Positions 1 to 8,925 of a DNA stretch of 64,000 nt are shown in pieces. Source of the stretch: Dehalococcoidia bacterium. Its GTDB lineage: Bacteria; Chloroflexota; Dehalococcoidia; Lucifugimonadales; JAGWBF01. A model generated the notes under the pieces. It worked only from the letters and a program-made list of their open reading frames with translations. It was not told the DNA's origin and searched no databases. Numbering within the stretch: the stretch's first letter is position 1; every line of letters begins with the position of its first letter. The position numbers were made by a program, and so were the translations under genes. The stretch is taken from the NCBI GenBank assembly GCA_965261965.1, contig OZ253489.1:2459618-2523617 (forward strand), written 5' to 3'.

Positions 1-134
1 CGGCTTCGGCCGCCGCTTGTTTGGCAGAGCGTTCCTGAGCTACACGCTCGGCTTCGACGGTTCTGTATCATTTGCGGGGTAGCCGAGATTCCCTTCAACC
101 GATGGTCTGAGGTTGCAACGTTGAAAGTTACTCA

Positions 135-626
135 TTAACCCTGCTCAAAGCAGTCGTCCCACAGACGATGCTCTGAGCACCATTGTCTGCTTACATCCAA
201 TGATACTCTCGCACCATACCCCAGCAAACTGCCGGTGTTGGGGTCAAACTTCGGCTTGTACACGTCTTCGGTCATTCTCCAAAGTGGGTGCTTCTTCACT
301 AGCTCCGTAAAGTAGTCGTCTAAAGCTGCTTTGCTCTCAAACTGCGGATCAGTCCCATCCTTAAAAGGAACAAGGCCAGCATCCGCCCATGTAACGGGGT
401 GATAGGCTTCAGGGTCGAGGCGGCGCAGAGCCTTTTCCACACCTTCACCCACACCTTTTACTCTCAGCCAAGTCTCGCAGTCCCAGCCCTGATCGCATAG
501 ATCACACTGCCGATCATCGTAAGGCCAACCTTCAACGCGCGGATCGCAATGAACAATTCGAATGTATCCTCTGCAAATAAGGCAGGCGTTACACGAAATC
601 CATTCGGCTGGGGTTTCGGAAGGCAT
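135..626 (-). CDS. hypothetical Cys-rich protein
   Basis: 163-aa ORF with protein-like composition and several CxxC-type pairs (CNACLIC, CDLCDQGWDC). I recognise no family. Confidence 0.45.
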   Translation of the reverse strand: MPSETPAEWISCNACLICRGYIRIVHCDPRVEGWPYDDRQCDLCDQGWDCETWLRVKGVGEGVEKALRRLDPEAYHPVTWADAGLVPFKDGTDPQFESKAALDDYFTELVKKHPLWRMTEDVYKPKFDPNTGSLLGYGARVSLDVSRQWCSEHRLWDDCFEQG

Positions 627-797
627 TAAGGCCGAGGTCCTCCCCGCTTGCTCGCAACCCTCCCAATGAATTTTTGAGTAGATGGCACGCGGCCCATATT
701 GTTCGATAATTGGCCTGTAGTGCTCGACAAGGATATCTTCGTATGCTGATGAGTTTGTCTCATAGACCGGTGGGCGGGTTGAGTAACACAGGTGTGG

Positions 798-2346
798 GAG
801 CGATGCGCCTCAACAGAGGTTGGCCCGTCCAGTTGCACCGGCCACTTGTCGGCCCCCAGAAAGGTCGTCTACTCTCTTAGTTCCATGGCGCCTTGACCCA
901 GTCCCAAGGCGCTTGGCCGCTGCGCCATAGCTTGAGCAAGTTATGGGTCGTCCCTGCCAGCGACCACTCACTCTGTGCAGCGCCCAACCCCCGTCTCATA
1001 AACCGTCGGAACCCCTGGCCTTCCTTGACCTGTCCGAACACCGGCTCCACCAGTACACCCCGCTTCTTGTACAGAGCTCGGCCTCGCTTTGTCAGCAGCT
1101 TGCGCTCCATCCTGTCCCTCGGGCTCAGTCCTTTTGGTATACGCCCTCGGGGACACCCCTTCTCCCATAGCAGCTTCCGCTGTTTCCAATCCTTGGTGGT
1201 GGCAATAAGAAGCTCAGGCATCTCTGGCCAGGGGCAAGCCCTGATGTTGGCCTCACTCCAGTACCCGGCATCGGCCAAGCCCGCTTTGGGCCGGTCCTCT
1301 ATGCCGGCTGCTTCCAGAGTATGCGCCATGGTTTGGAGCATCGGCTCCAGTTGCTGCACATCGTTGGCCTCTTGGGTCACTCCAACGGCTACTATGATCT
1401 GCTCCTCGCTCACCACCGCCTGGGCATTGTAGCCCTGCACGTACCCTTGCCTGGTCTTCATGATACGACTGTCCGGGTCGGTGGTATTAGCCTTCGCCCC
1501 TTCGGTAGGAAGTGGTTCTACCACCTTGGGCTTTCGCCCTCGCTTCTTTTTGCCTGTGACATCTTCTTCTGCCCGCCGTCGCTCCACGTGCTCTTGGACA
1601 GCCTTGGCTCCTGCTTCAGCCTCCCGCTGCAGACGTTCCTTGGCTTCCTTCAGGCGCTTGAGCCGCTCCGTCCGTCCCCCTAGCCCTTCCGGTAGCTCAT
1701 CCCCTCGCCGGTCGGGACCATAATGGGCATCCTCTTCAGCATCCGTTGCCTTGGCCTCTGCCAACATGCGCCGCACTTCTTCTTCAATGGCCTGGTGGCT
1801 CCGGTTGGTGGCCAGGGCCGCGTTGGCTGCCACCTTCGTCCCATCAAGAGCCACTACCCCCAACTTCACCAGACCCGCTTCATGGCATAACCTCAGTACC
1901 TCTACAAAGAGCTCCTCGAACGCCTCCTCGCGCTCCGCCCTAAAGCGACAGATGGTACGGAAGTCTGGCTGCCGGTTGGCCGCCACCACCCGGAATCCTA
2001 CATCTTCCTCCAGAGCACGGGCTATGCGCCTGGAACTGCGTACACCCAGGCAGTAGCCGTACAACAGGATGGCCACCATCATCCCCGGATCGTAGGCCGC
2101 TGCACCCCATCCATCACTTCGATAGACTGCATAGAACTCCCTCAGATCCATCTGGCCTACTGCATCTACAATGAACCAAGCCAAGTGACCCTCACTCAGC
2201 CAATCCCTCATGGACGGCGGCATCAAGTAGCTCTGGTCTCGCTCGCAACTCAGAAGGTTATAAGCCATAGTGTCCTACCTGCCTGATGTTTCTATGAGCT
2301 TACTGCTTCGCCAACCCCGCAGGAAGGGGGTTTATGGGACACGCTC
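798..2346 (-). mobile_element. IS1182-family insertion sequence (boundaries approximate)
   Basis: The terminus GAGCGTGTCCCATAAACC (minus strand, ending at 2346) is shared with the decayed copy at 59888. A weak inverted match, GAGCGATGCGCCTCAAC, lies at 798. It encloses the transposase gene. Confidence 0.55.
877..2268 (-). CDS. IS1182-family DDE transposase
   Basis: 463 aa. The N-terminal DUF772-like block is YDPGMMVAILLYGYCLGVRSSRRIARALEEDVGFRVVAANRQPDFRTICRFR. It has a central coiled coil and a C-terminal DDE region (ADAGYWSEANI). Confidence 0.85.
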   Translation of the reverse strand: MAYNLLSCERDQSYLMPPSMRDWLSEGHLAWFIVDAVGQMDLREFYAVYRSDGWGAAAYDPGMMVAILLYGYCLGVRSSRRIARALEEDVGFRVVAANRQPDFRTICRFRAEREEAFEELFVEVLRLCHEAGLVKLGVVALDGTKVAANAALATNRSHQAIEEEVRRMLAEAKATDAEEDAHYGPDRRGDELPEGLGGRTERLKRLKEAKERLQREAEAGAKAVQEHVERRRAEEDVTGKKKRGRKPKVVEPLPTEGAKANTTDPDSRIMKTRQGYVQGYNAQAVVSEEQIIVAVGVTQEANDVQQLEPMLQTMAHTLEAAGIEDRPKAGLADAGYWSEANIRACPWPEMPELLIATTKDWKQRKLLWEKGCPRGRIPKGLSPRDRMERKLLTKRGRALYKKRGVLVEPVFGQVKEGQGFRRFMRRGLGAAQSEWSLAGTTHNLLKLWRSGQAPWDWVKAPWN

Positions 2347-2390
2347 TGATGCCATGCTCATTACCTACATACCCTAAATGTTGCGTTCGG

Positions 2391-2924
2391 TTATGTATCA
2401 TTGCGGGGTGGCTGTACTGTAGAGAGTACCCCCCAGAAACTTAGAGTCTTTTGAAGTTCTTCCTTCAGGATGCCTCCGTTATCGAGTAAGTCCTGCCTGA
2501 TCCCGTCTGCATAGTCACCTGTATCAAAATGCAAGTACGCATCAAACGCACCCAAGTCTTTGTTGCCGAGTAGTTGCTCTTGTAGTTGCTCTTGCAGAAA
2601 AACGCGGAGCTTGTATGCGCTCATGCTGATGCCTTCCTCCAACGCTAGCCTAGCGAAGCCTTCAGCCATCCCCTTTGCCACCTTCTCCGTTATCTCCTTT
2701 ACCATCTTCTCCGTTATCTCCGCTATCTCCAGATCAGTGGCTTCCGGCAACACCGCCGCCTCATACACGCTGGCCGTCTCAACGGATGCTACGGAGTCTT
2801 CGTCCTCAGAGGGGGAGATGAATCCGTACATCATCGCCGCTCCGGCCACAAATAGCACCACAGCTCCGAACCACCCGATTCCTCCTTCATGTTCGTGGGT
2901 GTGGGTGTGTTCGTGTGTTTTCAT
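2391..2924 (-). CDS. hypothetical membrane protein with His-rich N-terminus
   Basis: 177 aa. MKTHEHTHTHEHE is followed by one TM helix (GWFGAVVLFVAGAAMMYGF). An SD-like GGAGGAG lies upstream of the ATG. Confidence 0.5.
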   Translation of the reverse strand: MKTHEHTHTHEHEGGIGWFGAVVLFVAGAAMMYGFISPSEDEDSVASVETASVYEAAVLPEATDLEIAEITEKMVKEITEKVAKGMAEGFARLALEEGISMSAYKLRVFLQEQLQEQLLGNKDLGAFDAYLHFDTGDYADGIRQDLLDNGGILKEELQKTLSFWGVLSTVQPPRNDT

Positions 2925-3717
2925 ACATATCTCCTCCGGGCATCTTACCCCGCAAATGATACAGAACCGCTTCGACTTTCTGGCGGACTTCTTCCAGTTT
3001 GGCCTCGTTCTTGATGCGCTGCTTGATTCCGGCCAGGCAGTCGTTCATCAGCAGGTTGAAGTCTGCGATGTTGGCCGGCATAGGCAACCAGTCGGATTCG
3101 GTGTTTGTCCCCAATACTTGTAGTTGTACTTTCCTGCCGTACTGATCTGTTCTTGTTTGGGGGGCCTTGATTTTTAGGGCGTGGTAGTCGCCTTGATAAC
3201 GGTAGGACCAGCCTTGACTGGCATTGTAACTGGCACCCCAGAAGACTTTTTCCGGAACGGCAGAGTTAACTGAATAGAGTACTTCGTGCGGCGGAGGACC
3301 GCCTACCACTCCATAGGGACGTCCCGGTATGATTGTTATCGAATCCGCAGTTCTGCCGACTACCGCTCTTCCAATACTGCCCCAGGTACTTCCTATTTCC
3401 CCCTGATGGTTTTTCTGCCCCATCCATACTTCTATATAAGCTTGCTCCGGTAGGTCTCGAGTGCTGTTGGAAGGTTCGAAGACCAGTACTTCGTGGCAGG
3501 TGTTGCCCTCGGTGTTCTCCACAACGTCGTAGCGGACGCTGGTTATCTCGTTTAAGTGGTAGTCCCACTTGCAGGGCGAGTTGGTGTTGGCTGGTATCTC
3601 CCGGTCCTCCGGCGCACAGTCTTCAGGCCGCTCTGCGGAGACGATGTGCGCCGCCGTGAACACGGCCAAGAGCAACGCGAGGATCAGCAGCGGGTAGCCC
3701 AGCCATCTATTCGCCAC
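2887..3717 (-). CDS. hypothetical exported protein
   Basis: 276 aa with an N-terminal signal-like helix (LGYPLLILALLLAVFTAAHIVSA). The C-terminal tail reads through a 24-nt repeat, so the true stop is uncertain. Confidence 0.5.
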   Translation of the reverse strand: MANRWLGYPLLILALLLAVFTAAHIVSAERPEDCAPEDREIPANTNSPCKWDYHLNEITSVRYDVVENTEGNTCHEVLVFEPSNSTRDLPEQAYIEVWMGQKNHQGEIGSTWGSIGRAVVGRTADSITIIPGRPYGVVGGPPPHEVLYSVNSAVPEKVFWGASYNASQGWSYRYQGDYHALKIKAPQTRTDQYGRKVQLQVLGTNTESDWLPMPANIADFNLLMNDCLAGIKQRIKNEAKLEEVRQKVEAVLYHLRGKMPGGDMYENTRTHPHPRT

Positions 3718-3720
3718 TGT

Positions 3721-4146
3721 CTAGTTCCCTCCCGTGAAGTCCACGCCAGTGGCTTTGCTGGCGGCGCAGGCGCTGTACTTGATGGCGGCTTGGGCGTACC
3801 AGTCGGCTTCGCCTGGCGAGCCGGGGGCCGGTACAGCGTCGCCCGCTTCAGCGGCGCACTCGACCAAGATCTGCGGGTTTTCCATCAATTCAGCTATCAG
3901 CTGGTCGAGTTGCTCGCGCTGGGACGAAGTAATGTCCCGCAGGATGGGGTCGCCGGTGGCTTGTGGCGTGGGTTGGCCGGGACCTGCCCCGGCAGGCCCA
4001 GTGCCCGATGCCGCCGCCGGAGTGTAGGTCGGGTAGGGAGTGTAAGTCGGGTAAGGCTCGGGTTGGCCGCCGCAAGCTGCTATTGCCGATGCTAGAAGGG
4101 CGGCGAGTACCAGCAGGATTCCTTGACTGACTATCTGTTTGGCCAT
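3721..4146 (-). CDS. putative lipoprotein
   Basis: 141 aa with a signal peptide and lipobox (LLASAIAAC), followed by a Pro/Thr/Tyr-rich linker (PEPYPTYTPYPTYTP). Confidence 0.6.
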   Translation of the reverse strand: MAKQIVSQGILLVLAALLASAIAACGGQPEPYPTYTPYPTYTPAAASGTGPAGAGPGQPTPQATGDPILRDITSSQREQLDQLIAELMENPQILVECAAEAGDAVPAPGSPGEADWYAQAAIKYSACAASKATGVDFTGGN

Positions 4147-4222
4147 TCCTCTACTTTTTGACGGGTGAGTGAGAAGAGCCGGGCGACCGCTCTTGCCATA
4201 TTGGAGTTGCAGGATGATGACA

Positions 4223-4819
4223 TCATGCGTCTTCGCTTCTCGGACGTTCGATGCTTACCCGTAGGCTGGCGATACCTTTGTTCTGCCAGTTTCCGGCTCG
4301 AAATTCCGGCCTGCTTCTCAGGTTGCCAATCACATTCGATGACGGACTCATGCGTGGGGCGTCCCAGCGGCGAACCTCTTTACGGCCATCGTTGTACGAC
4401 ACTTCAAACCACGCTTCCTTAGTGCGTAGCAAAGCGGCCAGGAAGTCTGAGGAGTTCTGCGGCTCCAGTGTGATCGGAAGGATGGGGCCCTGTCCTTCCC
4501 TGCGCATCGGATTCGCTAAAGGAGCGGGTGGGGGTCTCCGGGAAGGTGGTTCCGACGGAAGATGACGGTCAGGCAACGCGCCGCCGCGCCGTGACAGAAA
4601 TTGTTCGACCAACTCTCGTTCAGGCTTAAATCCGCAAATGCGCTCAGTAGTCTCCGAGATTAAGTCAACCAGGATTTCATCGGGAGTTTCGACGATTTGG
4701 TTCCAGGCTTCGACGATGGCTTTGCCGGCAATCTCGGCTCGCAGCTGCGACTGCACCAAGTCCTCGGCGTCGCTGACCGCCTGGCCGCTGCTTACATTTA
4801 CCTGAGAAAGGTACTCCAT
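4223..4819 (-). CDS. hypothetical protein (possibly the C-terminal part of a split gene with 4847..5245)
   Basis: 198-aa ORF starting 27 nt downstream of the stop of the HsdR_N-like ORF on the same strand. No recognisable domain. Confidence 0.4.
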   Translation of the reverse strand: MEYLSQVNVSSGQAVSDAEDLVQSQLRAEIAGKAIVEAWNQIVETPDEILVDLISETTERICGFKPERELVEQFLSRRGGALPDRHLPSEPPSRRPPPAPLANPMRREGQGPILPITLEPQNSSDFLAALLRTKEAWFEVSYNDGRKEVRRWDAPRMSPSSNVIGNLRSRPEFRAGNWQNKGIASLRVSIERPRSEDA

Positions 4820-4846
4820 GAACCGTTGTTCAATGATGTCGGGTTC

Positions 4847-5245
4847 TTAGGATTCGAGGTCGATGGTCAAGAACCGCCTCTGTTCCCAACTTCCCGGCTG
4901 CAAGGGCAGATAGAGCCACCAGGTCCGCCCATTGGTCAATGCGGCCAGCTTTACTCCTTCCTGAAAGCAATACTCCAGCAACTGCCGCTGGTGTCCTTCC
5001 AGATTTTCGCCGGACCGTTTCACCTCTATGAATACGGCGTTGGGTGAACCTGGCATGAGCGCATAATCGACCCGGCGGTTCCCGACCGTATGTTCGGGTT
5101 TAACCTCCGAGAGGTCGAACTGGTTCCACCCGCAAAGGCTGAGCAGTCTGAGGACCACTCCCTGCTTGGTGGCGGATTCATCCAAGCTACGTAGGGATAC
5201 GGTGTTGTTGATTTGCTCAACCGCTTGGGCTATTGTCCCGGCCAT
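4847..5245 (-). CDS. HsdR_N-like PD-(D/E)XK domain protein
   Basis: 132 aa. The pattern VDYAL...VFIEVKRSG...LLEY...GVKLAALTNGRTWWLY matches the restriction-enzyme R-subunit N-terminal nuclease-like fold (D...E-x-K). Confidence 0.55.
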   Translation of the reverse strand: MAGTIAQAVEQINNTVSLRSLDESATKQGVVLRLLSLCGWNQFDLSEVKPEHTVGNRRVDYALMPGSPNAVFIEVKRSGENLEGHQRQLLEYCFQEGVKLAALTNGRTWWLYLPLQPGSWEQRRFLTIDLES

Positions 5246-5464
5246 GCTCTTGTTCCTTCTGGAGCAACGAAAAGACGGGGCACCGTTCGTTGCCGGTTGC
5301 GTCGAGTATACTTTAACTTTGTATGAAGAGTGTACTGATTACCCATTTTGCCGAGTTTGTCCTCAAACCCTCCCCAAGGTCGCTGCGAATGGGCGAAGCC
5401 GTGATAATACTGCTGACCACGGATCTTAAGGCGGCCTGTAGTGCTGTCCCGATCAGGGGTCGGC

Positions 5465-6397
5465 TCAGTTCCCTCCTCTGTCTTCCTCACGGCGCGGGTT
5501 CTCCAACTCTCGTTGCTCGTGAAACAGGAGTTGATTGGCGTAGCCCGCATACTTCCCAAAGTAGTTCTGCGCCCACATCACTAGTTCATTGCCACCGGGC
5601 TGTTTCCGATTTGGGAAATACCCTGCCACCGCTCTCTTCACCCACGTGTCTGCCGGGAACGCCTCCACTTTGTCTAGTCCGAACAAGGCAATGCAGTCGG
5701 CAATCTTGTGTCCAATACCGTAACAGCCCATCAGCCCCCGTTTGGCCTCAGAGTAGGACACGTGCGGTTGCGCCAAGTAGCACAGGTCCAGTTTGCCGGC
5801 GCGTATCCGCCTGGCGGCGTCGATCATCTTGAAATGGCGATTCAGGCCCAGCTTCAGCTCCGTTAATGGCTCCACTCCGGCCTTTATCACCATCTCAGGC
5901 GTGGGGAAGGTATGGCGCACCTCTCCGTCCAGGTCTATCTGCCGCCCGAACGCCTCTGCTATCTTTTCCACGATCTTGCTGATACGGGCCACGTTGTTGT
6001 TGGCCGAACAGATGTAGGAAACCGTACATTCCCAAGGATCGGGTTGCCGTAGGATACGCAGACACGGATACTTCTTCACTAGCGCGGCTACCTTATCGTC
6101 GCGGCAGGCGATGTCAGCATGAATGGCGTCAATGTCGTCATCCAGCCGGAAATAGGATCTCAGCAGAGCGTCCAGGTCGGAGTCGGCCCGGTACTCCACA
6201 CCACGGTTGATTTGCCGAATGTGAATCAGATTCCCGCTCAGCACTCCGGAATGCCAGTCGTCTCTCCAGGCGCGCCATCGGAAATCTTGTGTTCCATCCA
6301 GGATTGCATTCAGATCAAAGCGCCGGTCCACGATGAGTTGTCGGGTCACCACGTCTGCTCCTCCAGCTGTGAGTTTCCGGTGAACCTCAGGTCGCAC
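5465..6397 (-). CDS. ogg: 8-oxoguanine DNA glycosylase/lyase, Ogg1 type (HhH-GPD)
   Basis: 310 aa. The HhH-GPD core YGIGHKIADCIALFGLDKVEAFPADTWV parallels the Ogg1 motif GVGxKVADC...PVDxH, including the catalytic Lys and Asp positions. An OGG_N-like N-terminus is present. Confidence 0.8.
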   Translation of the reverse strand: MRPEVHRKLTAGGADVVTRQLIVDRRFDLNAILDGTQDFRWRAWRDDWHSGVLSGNLIHIRQINRGVEYRADSDLDALLRSYFRLDDDIDAIHADIACRDDKVAALVKKYPCLRILRQPDPWECTVSYICSANNNVARISKIVEKIAEAFGRQIDLDGEVRHTFPTPEMVIKAGVEPLTELKLGLNRHFKMIDAARRIRAGKLDLCYLAQPHVSYSEAKRGLMGCYGIGHKIADCIALFGLDKVEAFPADTWVKRAVAGYFPNRKQPGGNELVMWAQNYFGKYAGYANQLLFHEQRELENPRREEDRGGN

Positions 6398-6943
6398 GAG
6401 GTTGTTCGGTTTTTTCGGATTGCCGAGTTGGCCTTCATTCGCAGGTTCTTTGTCTCATTTGCCGTCTTCCCTCTTGAAGGGCTTGCCGTAGGGCATCCAC
6501 CCGTCGTCTGGAGACACCACCACGTCGGGAAGGTTCACCAGTCGCGTCAGACGGCTGGCAACATCTTCTCGGCTACCTTCCACCATCAGCACGCAACGCG
6601 GTCGGCTACCTCGGTGTTTATCAAGTTGCCTGAGCCAACTCATCCAGCCCCCTGGTTCATTCGACCAACTGAAACGGGCACAACACAGGCTCGAGGAACT
6701 TTCCGGTTGGGCCTCAAGTATGACCTCCCGCAGATCTCACGCAGCAGTGAAGAACACTACCATATTTTCGGAGGACCCGGTGCTGATCGCAGTGACTACT
6801 TCTACGCGCCACAGGTGGCGCACTACAGCGCCAAGTGGAACCTCAACACGAAGGTTCTTGATTTGCCCAGGCGAACCGCCTCCTTGCGGGGCCTGCGGCG
6901 GCGGGCCGGGGTCGCTGTGTCCGTCATCCTGTCTCCCCTTTAC

Positions 6944-8661
6944 CCCTAATCCACCGAAGGACGGCGTGTAGGAGGCCTGCTGAAGAAACAAAAGGGTGCG
7001 CCTCTGAATCTGGGATAATGGTTTTGTAACAGAAAACCGGTCCCAGAAAAGGAGCACCCGATAGATGCTACCACGTAACCACCCCGACCGCATCCAAATC
7101 GCCTTCGACGATCACCGCCTGGTGGCCAATGCCGGGCTGATCCTTCCCGCCACCCTCGCCCTGCGCCTTGGCCTGCCCCAACTCCTCCGGAAGGACCTCG
7201 ACCTCGGCGGCGCACCGGGCCGGGCGAACACCGGCGACAAGATGATGACCCTGGTGGCCTCCGCCCTAGCCGGCGGAGATTGCATCGACGACGCCGATGT
7301 GCTGCGCGCCGGCGGGACCGCCCGCGTGCTCGGTTTCACGGCTAAGGCGCCCTCCACCCTGGGGACCTTCCTGCGCAGCTTCAGGTGGGGCCATGTCCGC
7401 CAACTGGACCGGGTGAGCCGCGAGTTGCTGGCCCGGGTCTGGAAGGCCGGTGCCGGACCCGGCGACGCGCCGTTCACCATCGACCTCGATTCCACCATCT
7501 GCGAGACCTACGGACTGGCCAAGGAGGGCGCCCGCCACCACGGCTATACCGGCAAGCGGGGCTACCACCCGCTGCTGGCCATCGCCGCCGGCACCGGAGA
7601 CGTGCTGATGTCCCGGCTGCGCGAGGGCCGGGCCAACACCGCCCGCGGCGCCGCCCACTTCCTGCGGGAGACGGTGGGACGGGTGCGCTACGCCGGGGCC
7701 AACGGACGACTCACGCTACGGGCCGACAGCGGGTTCTACACTCATGGCGTGGTATCCGTCTGCCGCAAGATGGATGTCCGCTTCTCCATCACCATCCGCC
7801 AGCACAAGAGCCTGCGCAATCTCATCGAGGCGATACCAGAGGATGCCTGGACTCCCATTCCCTACTGGATGGACGGCGCCGCCGATGTGGCCGAGACCAC
7901 CTGCACTCCGTTCCAGAGTGAACCTGACGCCGCACCGGTGCGGCTCATCGTCCGGCGTGTGAAGCCCACGCCCGGTTCCCAGCTGGCCCTCTTCGCCTCC
8001 TACAGCTATCACGGCTTCATCACCGACCGGGACGGGGAGATGCTCGAACTGGAGGCCGACCATCGCCGCCACGCCGAGATCGAGAATGCCATCCGAGACC
8101 TCAAGCACGGTGTGGGGTTGAACCATCTCCCCTCGGGCCGCTTCGCCGCCAACGCCGCCTGGCTGGCGGTACAGGTGATGGCCCACAACCTCGCCCGCTG
8201 GACAGCGCGCATCGGTCTGGGCGAGCAGATCGTGACCACCAAGACCCTCAGACGACGGTTCTTCTCCCTGGCCGGACGGATCACCCGCTCGGCACGCCGC
8301 CTCACACTGCATCTGCCACAGCGCTGGCCTTGGGAAGCCCAGTTCGATCGTGCCCTGGCCCGATTGCGCGCCCTGCCACTCCCTGCCTGACGGCGCCCGT
8401 CCGCCACTGACTCGCCAGCCAACCCAACGTCCCCGCAAACTCGCGCCAGCCCAGTCCGCGAGCGCCTCTTGCCGTGTCCTATCCCGCCATCTCGCTCTCC
8501 ACAGCCACTGTAGGCCGCCATCGGTGCCCCCAAAAGCGCCTGCAGACCGCCCGCCAACCTCCCGTCTACCCAAATTCGAGCCCGGATCATCGCGCCTGTA
8601 ACTCCCTCACCCCCTTCCGCTGTCCTCACGCCGTCCATCCCTGTCCATCGGTGGATTCGGG
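6944..8661 (+). mobile_element. IS1380-family insertion sequence, copy A (1718 bp)
   Basis: 100% identical to 25766..27483. Terminal IRs are CCCTAATCCACCGAAGG and CCCGAATCCACCGATGG (15/17). A 5-bp direct repeat, TTTAC, lies at 6939-6943 and 8662-8666. Confidence 0.9.
7065..8390 (+). CDS. IS1380-family DDE transposase
   Basis: 441 aa. Length and motifs (DSTICETYG, LRADSGFY, HRRHAEIENAIRDLK) are typical of IS1380-type transposases. It sits inside the IR-bounded element. Confidence 0.9.
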   Translation: MLPRNHPDRIQIAFDDHRLVANAGLILPATLALRLGLPQLLRKDLDLGGAPGRANTGDKMMTLVASALAGGDCIDDADVLRAGGTARVLGFTAKAPSTLGTFLRSFRWGHVRQLDRVSRELLARVWKAGAGPGDAPFTIDLDSTICETYGLAKEGARHHGYTGKRGYHPLLAIAAGTGDVLMSRLREGRANTARGAAHFLRETVGRVRYAGANGRLTLRADSGFYTHGVVSVCRKMDVRFSITIRQHKSLRNLIEAIPEDAWTPIPYWMDGAADVAETTCTPFQSEPDAAPVRLIVRRVKPTPGSQLALFASYSYHGFITDRDGEMLELEADHRRHAEIENAIRDLKHGVGLNHLPSGRFAANAAWLAVQVMAHNLARWTARIGLGEQIVTTKTLRRRFFSLAGRITRSARRLTLHLPQRWPWEAQFDRALARLRALPLPA

Positions 8662-8925
8662 TTTACGCATACTTCTACAGGTCACATTTTACTTCTTCGC
8701 GGCGGTCCCCGACAACAAGAGGATGCTACCGCACTGGCTGCGACAGTTTCCCCCTGTGGGTGACGACCTACCGTCCCGCGCCGACCCCGGAGCTTCTGGC
8801 CTTCCCTTCTGTGCCGGTCGGCTTCCTTCATTTGACAGTCCCGGCTGCTGCGGGCTGACATATTTCTGCGGCATTTCATCGCTATTGTGAGTAGCGTCAG
8901 GAATATTCACGAAGGAAGCGCAACG

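Noticed and set aside
6455-6643. 62-aa ORF (MSWLRQLDKHRGSRPRCVLMVEGSRED...) and the open frame 6737-6940 abutting IS1380 copy A.
   Set aside because: They are too short and have no recognisable family. They may be remnants of a gene disrupted by the IS, but I cannot support a call.
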